A DNA stretch of 64,000 nt from Alistipes sp. (GTDB lineage Bacteria; Bacteroidota; Bacteroidia; Bacteroidales; Rikenellaceae): the NCBI GenBank assembly GCA_017623505.1, contig JAGAOZ010000005.1, positions 112,710 to 176,709 on the forward strand. The letters run 5' to 3'. Each line of letters begins with the position of its first letter. The stretch's first letter is position 1. Both the position numbers and the translations under genes were made by a program. Shown here one piece after another: positions 37,407 through 47,190 of this stretch. Below the pieces are notes generated by a model that saw nothing but the letters and a program-made list of their open reading frames with translations, made no database searches and was not told the DNA's origin.

Positions 37407-38585
37407 TTATTTTGACATCTTTTCTTTTAGCTCCTTAAGCAGGCACTCGCACTTATACAAGCCACGTGGTACGTGGAAGCAACCCTTCCACTTACCGCCC
37501 TTCAATGGCAGCAATACCTCACCACGACGGTTCAGGTAGCCATACCACTCAGGGTGCTCCTCATCGCGGAAGTGTGACCATGTGTAATCGTGCAACTTCT
37601 CAAACCAAGCCTTGCAACGCTCATCGCCTGTGAGCAGATAGCCCTCCAACATAGCGATAGTAGACTCAATATGTACCCACCAGAGCTTCTGGTCCCACTC
37701 CAACTGCTGAGTAGGGTAGCCCTTACGGTCCATAAAGTAGTAAAGACCGCCAAACTCCTTATCCCAGCCGAAATCCAGAGTGTTAAGGCCTATCTCAACA
37801 GCCTTCTGTGCCAAAGACTCATCACCACGACGACGTGCCAAGTCCATCAAGAACCAAGTGGTCTCCAAAGTGTGACCAGGGTTGATAAGGCGGCCATCGA
37901 ACGTATCGCTCAGAGTGCCGTCGGCGTTGAGGTGCTCGACAACCAAACCGAGCTCCGGACGGTAGAACTTATCCATAACATCCGAGAGAACCAAGTCGAT
38001 AGACTTCTCAACCTGGTCAGGCTCAATCAAGTGCTCAATCTCAAGCAGGAGGTTACACATAATCATAGATGGTGACAAAGCACGCAAATCGCGTGAGCCC
38101 GGACAAGCCTTGCTCCACTTACCCTTAGGGTTGTCCCAGCGCTCCAAGATGTGAGCAAAGGTGCGGCGGGTAACCTCAGCGTAGCGCTCGTCGCCTGTAG
38201 CCTTATGCAACTGAGCAAAAGCCATAGCAGCAAAGGTATAAGAGAAGATGTTGTATGGCTCGACGAGTGGTTTGCCATCACGTGTGATAGCAAAATACCA
38301 ATTGTAATCGCCGTCGTGACCATATTTGAGCATAAACTCTGCTCCCTGGCGTGCACACTCTAACCACTCCTCACGTATGCCCTCCTTGTTGCAGAGCATA
38401 GAGAAGAACCATACCTGGCGGCCCTGAAGCCACATAAACTTATCGGTGTCAAAAACCGAACCATCGCGGTTCAAACAGGTGAAGTAACCACCGAACTCCT
38501 TATCCTGAGAGTGCTCCAACCAGAAAGGAATGACTCTGTCGTAGAGCTCGTCGTGGTATTGTTTAATTAAAGCATCAATTTGCAT
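37407..38585 (-). CDS. N-acylglucosamine 2-epimerase (AGE family, Bacteroides NanE-like)
   Basis: WLQGRQ, NPGH..E..WF, QKLWWVH.E, KWKGCFHVPR. Confidence 0.93.
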   Translation of the reverse strand: MQIDALIKQYHDELYDRVIPFWLEHSQDKEFGGYFTCLNRDGSVFDTDKFMWLQGRQVWFFSMLCNKEGIREEWLECARQGAEFMLKYGHDGDYNWYFAITRDGKPLVEPYNIFSYTFAAMAFAQLHKATGDERYAEVTRRTFAHILERWDNPKGKWSKACPGSRDLRALSPSMIMCNLLLEIEHLIEPDQVEKSIDLVLSDVMDKFYRPELGLVVEHLNADGTLSDTFDGRLINPGHTLETTWFLMDLARRRGDESLAQKAVEIGLNTLDFGWDKEFGGLYYFMDRKGYPTQQLEWDQKLWWVHIESTIAMLEGYLLTGDERCKAWFEKLHDYTWSHFRDEEHPEWYGYLNRRGEVLLPLKGGKWKGCFHVPRGLYKCECLLKELKEKMSK

Positions 38586-38674
38586 AGCATATCTTTTTTA
38601 ATGACGTGTCAGATGTTGAGTTTCGGTTTATTATGTAAGTAGTACGCCTGACAGGTCAAATTATAACATTCAAA

Positions 38675-39613
38675 TTAAAGTTTCTCGCCTAAAAAATATT
38701 CGCGGTAGCGGTTAAATAGGTGGTGTGCCGAGGTGTAGCTCGACTGTGGCGAGAGGAAGTGTGAGAACTCGAAGGTGATAGCCTTATCGTAGCCAGCGCG
38801 TGCTGCAGCCTCAAGCTTCATACGCAACTTCTCAAACTTGATAGGCAGGAACTTGATAGGCATATCTCTGTCGAAGGTCTCGGCGTTGGTCCAGCACTCC
38901 AAACCATAACGGTCGGCAAGGCGCTTATTAACCTCAAAGAAGGCATCCAACTCATCATAGTCAATATGTCCATCTTGGAAGGCAACGGCATCGACAGCAC
39001 CGTGAATACCTGCGAAAATCTCGTCCCACTCGCGCTCGTGGTCAGCAACCGACACGGCATCCTCCTTGCTCAGCGACGACGAGGCAGCCATAACAGCCTT
39101 CTTGCCGTCAATCCATGGAGAGATAAGCGTTGGCAGACCTCCAGAAACGGCTTTACAATGCTCTCCCTGCTCGCGGAATGCCTCGATGACGCCCTTAGTG
39201 CGGCGGCTAATCTCACCGCTGAGATACCAACCACCAAACGAAGGGTGGTGCTGGCCATAGTTCTCCCATACCTCGTCGATGACAAAGCGATTGTACTCAG
39301 TCTCCTTAGACATATCGCCCGTATCCCAATAGTGACCTGAGTCGTAAAGGCCGAAGTAGAACTTCATGCCGTACTTGTCGGCCAAGCGCAGATACATATC
39401 CAATAAATCGTGCGAAGGAGCGTAGCAACCCTTGCCGATAAGGTATTTCGAAGGATAGGTAATGAACTTACGGTATCCCGAACGAATCATAATAACGGTA
39501 TCAATGCCGATAGAACGCATATTGGCGAAGTCGGCATCCCACTCCTTCTCACCCCAATTCTGGTGTGGGATATCGTGGCTAATCTCATCGAGAAATGTTC
39601 CTGTAATCTTCAT
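38675..39613 (-). CDS. DUF4434-family putative glycoside hydrolase (start MKITG at 39613)
   Basis: TFLDEISHDIPHQNWG, GWYLSGE, AFQDG, WTNAETFDRD, KAITFEF TIM-barrel pattern. Confidence 0.7.
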   Translation of the reverse strand: MKITGTFLDEISHDIPHQNWGEKEWDADFANMRSIGIDTVIMIRSGYRKFITYPSKYLIGKGCYAPSHDLLDMYLRLADKYGMKFYFGLYDSGHYWDTGDMSKETEYNRFVIDEVWENYGQHHPSFGGWYLSGEISRRTKGVIEAFREQGEHCKAVSGGLPTLISPWIDGKKAVMAASSSLSKEDAVSVADHEREWDEIFAGIHGAVDAVAFQDGHIDYDELDAFFEVNKRLADRYGLECWTNAETFDRDMPIKFLPIKFEKLRMKLEAAARAGYDKAITFEFSHFLSPQSSYTSAHHLFNRYREYFLGEKL

Positions 39614-39630
39614 ATCGTGTGGTGGAAACT

Positions 39631-41031
39631 TTATGATTTCCAATAGTAATTCTTTCGTGTAAATAGGTAGGTTGCTGTAACAACCAATAGCGCAAACAAG
39701 ACACCACGCGTAATGGATGCGCCAGTGCATTGGATGCTAAAGTCGTTAAGTGGCTCCATTAGGCAACAGAGCGTGAGTAGCGGCGTGATAAGGTAGCCGG
39801 CTGCAACGTATGCAAACATCGGGTTAGCGCCGCAAGCCTCCAAGAACTTTAGACGCAGATTAAACCGCATCTCGAAAATCAGTGCCGACAGTATCACCAT
39901 AGCGGCCATAGCCGAAGTGGTAAAGAAGTAGCTAATGGTAGCGTGGTCCTTCTTAATGCCACCCTCCATAGGCTCGGTGATAAGACCTATGAGAAGCATA
40001 GCCATCGCAGCAAGGAAAATTTGGCGATAGAGCAGACTCTGCTCACTATGCAGACCCTTGAGCATAAACCACAAAAGAAGGCATAGCGCAGCTGTGATAT
40101 AGACCGTAATCTCAACCTCACGTGCAAATAAGCCCCACATCATAAAGACAATGGTTGCAAGAGTCGTCAAGGCAATGCAGATAGATAAAAGGCCTTTATC
40201 CGATGAACTTTCTTTGCTGAGGTTGCTATCGTTCATCGAGCGGTATATCATATCACCCACAATTGTACCACAAAGAACCACGCAAAGATACTTCAAAAAT
40301 TCGAATTGGGAAAGCCAAGCGGCAGGTGTTTGTTGCCATAAATTGGCAGTCCAAGAGCCCTCAACACCAGATGCCATCTTCAGCATAGCAAAGGCGGCGA
40401 TGATAACGATACGGGCTATCGGATTGTTACGGGTAAACCACCAAATGAGCGTGCCGAAAAGTGCCATATTGGCCAATATCAAGATGATGATATTATTGTG
40501 CTCAATATCAATATCGACACCGAAAAGTGGTTTGTAGAGCATGGTAACACCGACCAAAGCCAAAAAACCGCCCCAATTAAGCAGTGTGTTGCGCCCCTTA
40601 TCCATCTTTGGCAGACGGATAAACATAATAAAGAAGAGCGACCAAACGCAAAGTGTTACAAGTGCGGCAGCCCAAGACTCAAGCTCTCCAAGCAAGTACA
40701 TGCCGGTATTGCCCAATACGATAGCGAAAGCGGCTAACCATACAAAACGATGCACAGCACTACCTATAACGGAACCCAAAGTGGCTCCATTCTGCTCACG
40801 ACGGCGCAATGCCAGAGGCATAGAGGCACCCATAGAGAAGAGGAAGAATGGGAAGACAAGGTCTACCCACGTGATACCTGCAACATCAGGGTTAAAGACA
40901 AAAGTTGGGGGCGGTGTTTGAGCGTGGAACATATAGGCAGGCATCTCCGGAAGAAAAAAGATACTTCCGGAGAGGACCATTCCTATAATGGCTAATGCAC
41001 GCAGTAAATCTATCGCTGCTACTCTTTTCAT
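39631..41031 (-). CDS. DUF5009 / HGSNAT-NagX-like multi-pass membrane protein
   Basis: IDLLRALAIIGMVL, GITWVDLVFPFFLFSMG, about 12 hydrophobic segments. Confidence 0.75.
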   Translation of the reverse strand: MKRVAAIDLLRALAIIGMVLSGSIFFLPEMPAYMFHAQTPPPTFVFNPDVAGITWVDLVFPFFLFSMGASMPLALRRREQNGATLGSVIGSAVHRFVWLAAFAIVLGNTGMYLLGELESWAAALVTLCVWSLFFIMFIRLPKMDKGRNTLLNWGGFLALVGVTMLYKPLFGVDIDIEHNNIIILILANMALFGTLIWWFTRNNPIARIVIIAAFAMLKMASGVEGSWTANLWQQTPAAWLSQFEFLKYLCVVLCGTIVGDMIYRSMNDSNLSKESSSDKGLLSICIALTTLATIVFMMWGLFAREVEITVYITAALCLLLWFMLKGLHSEQSLLYRQIFLAAMAMLLIGLITEPMEGGIKKDHATISYFFTTSAMAAMVILSALIFEMRFNLRLKFLEACGANPMFAYVAAGYLITPLLTLCCLMEPLNDFSIQCTGASITRGVLFALLVVTATYLFTRKNYYWKS

Positions 41032-41036
41032 AGACT

Positions 41037-41705
41037 CTATTTGCGTAGATATTTCATTTTCTTCAAGTAATCAACCCAAGCTTCATAGGCCGCAGGGTAG
41101 AGGTGAATACCGTCTTTGGTGTACTCCTCCTTAATCTCGCCCTTCTCGTTATGCAATACAGGGCGGATATCTACCCACGTAACACCCATCTGGTGGCACA
41201 TCTGCTCCAGGCGAGTGTTGAGCTCGGTGACTTTGTCTTGCTTATTTTTGATGTAGGCATAAGCCAAGACGTCGTTATTAGGGGTGATAGGACTCTGAAT
41301 GTAAATCTCACACTCAGGAGCCTTCTCTTGAATCATCTCGACCATAGCAACGAAATTGGCGTAAACATCGTCAATAGGGTAGTTGGCTGAGATATCATTA
41401 ATACCAGCAAAGATGAAAATCTTGCGTGGAGAGGCCTCCAAATAGAGTGGTAGGCGGTGGAGCATACCGTATGTGTTATCTCCACCAATACCACGATTTA
41501 CAAAATCCTTCTCCTTAGTAAGACTCTCCCACCAAGCTTGCTCCACGATGCTATCGCCAATCCAAATCATAGCGTTCTTAGGTATAGGCATCTTGGCATA
41601 AGCGGCCATACGGCAGTCGTAGTAGTCGTTATGGAACTTAGGCGTCTGAGCCATAGATGGGATAGCTGTCAAAAGAGCTATTGCTATGAACAACAGTTTC
41701 TTCAT
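41037..41705 (-). CDS. Exported SGNH/GDSL acetylesterase
   Basis: IGDSI, NRGIGGD, AGIND, DGIH blocks I-V. Confidence 0.88.
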   Translation of the reverse strand: MKKLLFIAIALLTAIPSMAQTPKFHNDYYDCRMAAYAKMPIPKNAMIWIGDSIVEQAWWESLTKEKDFVNRGIGGDNTYGMLHRLPLYLEASPRKIFIFAGINDISANYPIDDVYANFVAMVEMIQEKAPECEIYIQSPITPNNDVLAYAYIKNKQDKVTELNTRLEQMCHQMGVTWVDIRPVLHNEKGEIKEEYTKDGIHLYPAAYEAWVDYLKKMKYLRK

Positions 41706-41727
41706 TGCTTAATAAAGTAGCTAATTA

Positions 41728-43728
41728 TTACAAAGAGGCCTTAACCTCGTCGATACCAGCCTTAGCATACTGCCACATATTGCCCTTCTTCAAGTGAATC
41801 ATATCGAAGAGGAAGTAGCCGTCGCAGGCGTCATAACAAGCCTTAACAGAGTTGGTTACAGCCTGATACTCCTGTGCATCAGTGTATTTGTCATCGTAAT
41901 CCCAGTTACCTACGTCAGGACCACCACAAACCAAAGGACAGTCGCCGGCGGTGTAGGTCATTGCCAATGAGCAGAAGCCCTGCATAGTCCACTCGGATGT
42001 GCCGTAAACATTGCCCGGAGAAGCGTATGCTCCGATAAGCATGTGGTCCATAATGTCGGCATAACCGAAGTTCTTGTACTCGGAAGTAGCCCAACGTGGG
42101 AATTTCGCTCCTGTGTTATAGTTAGGACTTGCCCAGTTTACACCTACATCGTAGTATGTGCTATACCAACCACCTACGTATACACCGAACTTCACATCAG
42201 GATTAACTGCATGAACAGCCTCCTCAGCCTTAGTCATAAAGTCGTGGATAATCTTTGCACGGAACTCCAACCACTTCTTCAAGTGCTTGTACTCGTATGG
42301 CATATCGGCATTGATAGTACCGGTGAAGCCAGCAGGCATAACATCGCGATTGAAATCAACACTCTCGCCTACGTAATCCTCGAAAGCCTCCTTAGTAAGG
42401 TCAGAGAAGTCACTCATCATAGAGTCGAAACGACCACGGTCCAAAATAATACCGTCCAACTCGTCGTATGCAGCCAAATCTCTCAACAAATCGCACAAGT
42501 AGTCCTGTACCTCAGGGTGCAATGGGTTGAAGAACCAAGTGGTCTCGTTGGTGTCAAGAGTGTTCTTAAAGCCATTCTTAGTGTTGAGGGTAGTAGCCCA
42601 ATCCTTCTTGCTGCTATCGCGTACCAAGATACCCTGTGAGCCCAGAGAAGAGGTGTTACCACCGACCATAGTGTTGAAACCTGCGTGGATGCGCAAGCCA
42701 AGCTCGTGACCAATCTCGATAAACTTGCCGAGGTAGTCGAAGGTAGCTGTACGGGTAATCTTGCTGTAACCATTTGCGGTCCAAGCACCCAACCACTTAA
42801 CTTGGTCGCAGTGGCTTGTAGTGAAGAGTACGTCACCGTTAGTAGGACGAACATCAACAACAACATCGGTAAAACCTGTCTCCTTAGCCAACGTCAAGTC
42901 ACGACGGATATTCTCTTCGCTATTAGCGAAGTCAGGGAAGTTAGCTGCTGCATCAACCCAGATATACATAGGGTTAGTTACAGGACCCTCTGGCACGCTT
43001 GGACCAGACTGAGCAGCCTCAGTAGTCATTACGATATTGGTAATAGCAGTGCGGCTATTGTGACGTACGGCAACGTAGATTGTATACTCGGTAGAGGCCT
43101 TGAGCTCCTCAACACGGTAAGAACCTGCGTTAGCAGCGTCGATAGCTGTTCCCTCCTCAATAACTTTGCTTGCTGCGATAGTATTTGTGATGCTTGCGCT
43201 CTCAAGTACGAGATATGAGGCCTCAGTAGCATTCTCAGGGGTTACGCTAAACTCCAAAGCATTGGTCTCAGCCTTAACAGCCTCAGCCTTAACAGTTGGC
43301 TGTGGTGCCTCAGGTTTATCGGGATCCTCCGGTGCAGCCTCGGTGGTCATCTTAATCTGAGTGAGAACTGAGCGATCTGCGTTGCGTACGGCAACATAGA
43401 TATTGTGCTCTGTGTCAGGGTAGAGATTCTCTACGCGGTATGTGTCAGCCTTAGTTGCGTCGATGGCAACACCCTTTGAGATTACCTCACCGGCAGAGAG
43501 CTGCACATCATCATCAATAGTCTCAAGGCAGAGATATGCACCTTCAGCGGCATTCTCAGGGGTTACCTTGAATTCCAATGCGTAAGATTCAGTGCCGACA
43601 GGCTCTGCCTTAACAGCAGGAATAGTCTCTACACCCGGACGTCCAGGATAGTCGTAAATAGGATTTTTCTCATCCGAGCAGCTAACCATAGCTGCTACCA
43701 ATCCAATACAGAATAGAAGTTTTTTCAT
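41728..43728 (-). CDS. Surface lipoprotein: two FN3-like repeats plus GHL10-like TIM-barrel hydrolase
   Basis: Lipobox MVSC followed by SDEK; repeats LEFKVTPENA/LEFSVTPENA; WVDAAANF, LDRGRFD, GWYSTYY.VGVNWAS. Confidence 0.8.
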   Translation of the reverse strand: MKKLLFCIGLVAAMVSCSDEKNPIYDYPGRPGVETIPAVKAEPVGTESYALEFKVTPENAAEGAYLCLETIDDDVQLSAGEVISKGVAIDATKADTYRVENLYPDTEHNIYVAVRNADRSVLTQIKMTTEAAPEDPDKPEAPQPTVKAEAVKAETNALEFSVTPENATEASYLVLESASITNTIAASKVIEEGTAIDAANAGSYRVEELKASTEYTIYVAVRHNSRTAITNIVMTTEAAQSGPSVPEGPVTNPMYIWVDAAANFPDFANSEENIRRDLTLAKETGFTDVVVDVRPTNGDVLFTTSHCDQVKWLGAWTANGYSKITRTATFDYLGKFIEIGHELGLRIHAGFNTMVGGNTSSLGSQGILVRDSSKKDWATTLNTKNGFKNTLDTNETTWFFNPLHPEVQDYLCDLLRDLAAYDELDGIILDRGRFDSMMSDFSDLTKEAFEDYVGESVDFNRDVMPAGFTGTINADMPYEYKHLKKWLEFRAKIIHDFMTKAEEAVHAVNPDVKFGVYVGGWYSTYYDVGVNWASPNYNTGAKFPRWATSEYKNFGYADIMDHMLIGAYASPGNVYGTSEWTMQGFCSLAMTYTAGDCPLVCGGPDVGNWDYDDKYTDAQEYQAVTNSVKACYDACDGYFLFDMIHLKKGNMWQYAKAGIDEVKASL

Positions 43729-43802
43729 TGTCTTATTGCTTTGTTATTGTATTTGTCATCGTGTACCCATAGCCCCAGCCAAGGGGCTATGGATTTTATA
43801 GT

Positions 43803-45524
43803 TTACTCGGCGATACAGTCGAACTGTACACAACCTACGTAACCGTTACAGAACATAAAGTAAGCATACATGAAGTAACCATCAGATGTTACGTGCAGCT
43901 TAACGTCCTGAGTAGCTGAACCGTTAGTACCGTCGTTAGCACGACCTCCGTAGAGACCATAACCACCATCACCGCGGTCCAATGCCCATACTACGCAGTC
44001 TGGGTCGAGTGAAGCATCCAACTCAAGTGAACCAGAGAAGGTCTGAGGATACTTAGCCTCCATAACCCATGCACCACCGGCAACACCCCAAGTAAAGAAG
44101 GTCTCCATAGATGCCATAACGTAGTTCACACCGTTGAACTCAACAGCATCGATAGCCAACATACCCTCGTTATTGGTCAATACACCAAATACAGAAGAGC
44201 GAACAGCGTTGGTTGTACCATCTACCCAACCCAACTCGTTTGCTGAGTAACCGCAAACGAAGAAGTCAGATGTAGTCTCGGTACCGATACGGATAGCATC
44301 ACCATTGGTCCAACCCTTAGTCATGCCGCTAATCTGGCACCAGTGAGGAGCCTGAGTAGCTACACCGTCCTTAACTGTCCAAGTGAAGTTTGAGGTAGTA
44401 CCAGTAGAGGTCCAACCGCAATATACAGCCTGCAATGATGCGTCGCCATAAACGTCACCCCATACAGAGAGGTGCTTACCTATAACATCACCTGTTGGGA
44501 ACTCGATGAAGAGCTCTGGAGTAGAGTTCAAGTCACGCATACGCCATACGCGGAATACACCACCATCATCAGGTACTGAGTTGTTGATGACGATATGGCC
44601 CTTATGGTCAGATGTCATGTAGTAGTTAGAGGTAGCGCCCTTAACAGAACCGAGATTGATAGTACCTACAACAGCACCACTCTTAGCATCGACAACGATT
44701 GGGTCCTCGCCACGAGTGTTGATGATAAGGTGCTCGTCAGTAGCAGCCACACCGGTAGTCATGTCGAGAGTAGTTACGCCCAACTTAGAGAGCTTCTCCA
44801 TCCACAATACCTTGGCACTGCCCGGACGAAGACCAGCCTCATACTTCTCAGGCTCGGTCTGCTGAAGAATCCACTCACGCTTAGTAACGCCATCCTGAGC
44901 GATGACTGTGAACTTCATAGGCTCAGAAGGTGAGCACCAGAAGGCTGTCTTCGATGGGTCAGGAATGATACGTGCGTGTGGAGAGAGGGTGTAGTCTGCA
45001 AAGACATTCTGCAACTCGTTGAAGTAAATCAGAGAGGCAGTACCTCCATTCTTGTCGATAAGAGCCGAAATACCCAAATCACGGATAGAGAAGGCCTCGA
45101 TATCGCAAGCTGAGCTCTTTGCAAGCTCTGCCTTGATAGTCCAAGTGCTCTGCTCCTTCTTCTGGTCAGTCAATGTGACTGTGTAGGTCTGAGTCAAATC
45201 GATAGTGACAAGGTTTGGAGTCAGGTAAGCGTTATCGTCAAGGTTGAACAATACCCATACCTTCTTGTAATCCTCCAAATTGGTTACTACGTCAGACTCC
45301 ACAGGAATATTGTAAGGAACCTGAATAGTAATGGTGTGATTCTCATAGTCAATCTTACTGCTGAAACCTGAGTTGTCGGCTGTGTGATAGCCCTCCCAAG
45401 TAGGATATACAGTCAGATTGTTGATGCCCTTATTGGCAGCCGCAGGAACTAAATCCTCCGGCTCCTGGCAAGCAGTCATAGGGAGTACGACTGCCATTAA
45501 CATCCAAAATAATATCTTTTTCAT
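43803..45524 (-). CDS. SusE/F-position surface lipoprotein (DUF5018-like stalk plus putative beta-propeller)
   Basis: Directly after susD; lipobox MTAC followed by QEPED; TVIAQDG.TKREW Ig-like repeat. Confidence 0.7.
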   Translation of the reverse strand: MKKILFWMLMAVVLPMTACQEPEDLVPAAANKGINNLTVYPTWEGYHTADNSGFSSKIDYENHTITIQVPYNIPVESDVVTNLEDYKKVWVLFNLDDNAYLTPNLVTIDLTQTYTVTLTDQKKEQSTWTIKAELAKSSACDIEAFSIRDLGISALIDKNGGTASLIYFNELQNVFADYTLSPHARIIPDPSKTAFWCSPSEPMKFTVIAQDGVTKREWILQQTEPEKYEAGLRPGSAKVLWMEKLSKLGVTTLDMTTGVAATDEHLIINTRGEDPIVVDAKSGAVVGTINLGSVKGATSNYYMTSDHKGHIVINNSVPDDGGVFRVWRMRDLNSTPELFIEFPTGDVIGKHLSVWGDVYGDASLQAVYCGWTSTGTTSNFTWTVKDGVATQAPHWCQISGMTKGWTNGDAIRIGTETTSDFFVCGYSANELGWVDGTTNAVRSSVFGVLTNNEGMLAIDAVEFNGVNYVMASMETFFTWGVAGGAWVMEAKYPQTFSGSLELDASLDPDCVVWALDRGDGGYGLYGGRANDGTNGSATQDVKLHVTSDGYFMYAYFMFCNGYVGCVQFDCIAE

Positions 45525-45536
45525 AATCGGTAGCTA

Positions 45537-47180
45537 TTAGAAGTTCCACTCATCAAACTGTTGTATTGCATTGTTGTTCTGCAACTCTGCATCTGGAATA
45601 GGAAGACGATACATACGAGTAAGGAACTTACGATCCTGACCGTCGCAATCAACGTATGAGTAACGGTAGCCAGAACCCTCCTTCGTAATCTTCAAACCGT
45701 GAACACGGTAGCCGTTATAAGCCTGCTCAGAGAGCTTCCAACGACGCATATCCCACCAAAGGTGTCCCTCGTATGCCAGCTCAATCTTACGCTCGTGACG
45801 CAATGCAGCGAAGCAATCCTCGCCTGTGAGAGAAAGGTCGGTAGGAAGACCTACACGTGAACGAATCTGAGCGATGTAACCCATAGCTGCTGCATCGTTA
45901 CCAAGACGCATCTCAGCCTCAGCCAAGTTCAACAGAACCTCTGCCAAACGCATCTCAACCCATGTAGAGGTAGAGGCAACGTTTGTAAGGTCGGTGTTAG
46001 ACTCCTGGCGGAACTTACGCATATAGTAACCGGTAACGGTCTTACCATAAGGATAAGGCTCTACGCCGTAGTCTACGTATGTACCATAGGTACCATCAAC
46101 GCAGCACTCAAGCTCAACGCCCTTCCACATAGCACCGTTGTAGAGGATAGTTGCAGCGAAACGTGGCTCAAGACTCTCGTAAGGAGGATACTGAGTAGTA
46201 CCATCAGCAGAGTGCCATGCACTCCAATCAACCTTATTACCGTTCTTGTCCTCGTAGCTCTCAACCATCTCCTGAGTAGGAGTAGCACCACCAGCGGTAG
46301 TGTACTCGTGGTACATACACATATAGCGATCCCAATAGTGGTTAGGACCTGTAACAAGGTAGTTGAACTCAAGGATAGACTCTGAGTTGCCACCAGCTGT
46401 TGCAGCCTCGTATGTAGGAGCCAATGAGTAACCGAGCTTCAAAACCTCCTCACCTGCAGCCTTAGCATCTGCCCAACGCTCAGCGTAAAGCATAGCACGG
46501 CACAACATAGCGTAAGCAGCACCCTTAGTGACACGGCCCTTATTAGCTGAGTTCCACTCTGCAGGAAGATTCTCAGCAGCGAAGGTAAACTCGTCGTAGA
46601 TATACTGCCATGTATCCTCAGCAGAGGTCAATGGAGTGTTCTTAACGGTCTCGGCAAGGCTCTTGAAGATGATAGCCTGACCACCGTGACGCTTAGCAAG
46701 CTGGAAGTAGAGGAATGCACGGAAGAAACGTGCCTGTGCCTCATAAAGAGTGTTTACCTCAGCAGAGTAGGTAGAGTAGTTCTCCATAGCTGCCAAGAAC
46801 TCGTTGATGCGACGAATACGTGTATAGGTATTGGTCCAACAATCGAGGTAGCTACCCGCACTTGAGAGTGTCTCAGGGGTAAATACATAGTAGTTACAGT
46901 CACCGGCACGGTTACCTACGATAGGGCTACCGTACTTAAATGTCTCGGTCAAACCCTCTGTAAGGTTGCCGCTGAACTGCTGATCTCCGAACTGTCCGTA
47001 GATGTGGATATATTCGTAGAAGTTGTTTACATACAAATCTGTTGCAGCCTGGTTCTCCCATGCCGACTTGTCTGATACCTTGTCGGTTGGAGTAAGCTCC
47101 AGGTAGTCGTTACAACTCACTAATCCGAGAGATAGGAACGACAAGAACAATACTAAAATTCTGGTTTTCATAGTTTTCAA
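45537..47180 (-). CDS. SusD/RagB family nutrient-binding lipoprotein
   Basis: Lipobox LVSC followed by NDYLE; EARFFRAF.YF.L...HGG, RLAEVLLN.AEA, RHERKIELAYEGH.WWDMRRW. Confidence 0.95.
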   Translation of the reverse strand: MKTMKTRILVLFLSFLSLGLVSCNDYLELTPTDKVSDKSAWENQAATDLYVNNFYEYIHIYGQFGDQQFSGNLTEGLTETFKYGSPIVGNRAGDCNYYVFTPETLSSAGSYLDCWTNTYTRIRRINEFLAAMENYSTYSAEVNTLYEAQARFFRAFLYFQLAKRHGGQAIIFKSLAETVKNTPLTSAEDTWQYIYDEFTFAAENLPAEWNSANKGRVTKGAAYAMLCRAMLYAERWADAKAAGEEVLKLGYSLAPTYEAATAGGNSESILEFNYLVTGPNHYWDRYMCMYHEYTTAGGATPTQEMVESYEDKNGNKVDWSAWHSADGTTQYPPYESLEPRFAATILYNGAMWKGVELECCVDGTYGTYVDYGVEPYPYGKTVTGYYMRKFRQESNTDLTNVASTSTWVEMRLAEVLLNLAEAEMRLGNDAAAMGYIAQIRSRVGLPTDLSLTGEDCFAALRHERKIELAYEGHLWWDMRRWKLSEQAYNGYRVHGLKITKEGSGYRYSYVDCDGQDRKFLTRMYRLPIPDAELQNNNAIQQFDEWNF

Positions 47181-47190
47181 ATTTTTCGGA

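Noticed and set aside
37407-41705. Classical sialic-acid (nan) utilisation cluster
   Set aside because: AGE and SGNH esterases fit, but I recognised no GH33 sialidase (Asp-boxes/FRIP) or NanA/NanL lyase in the locus; cannot be excluded if those genes are elsewhere
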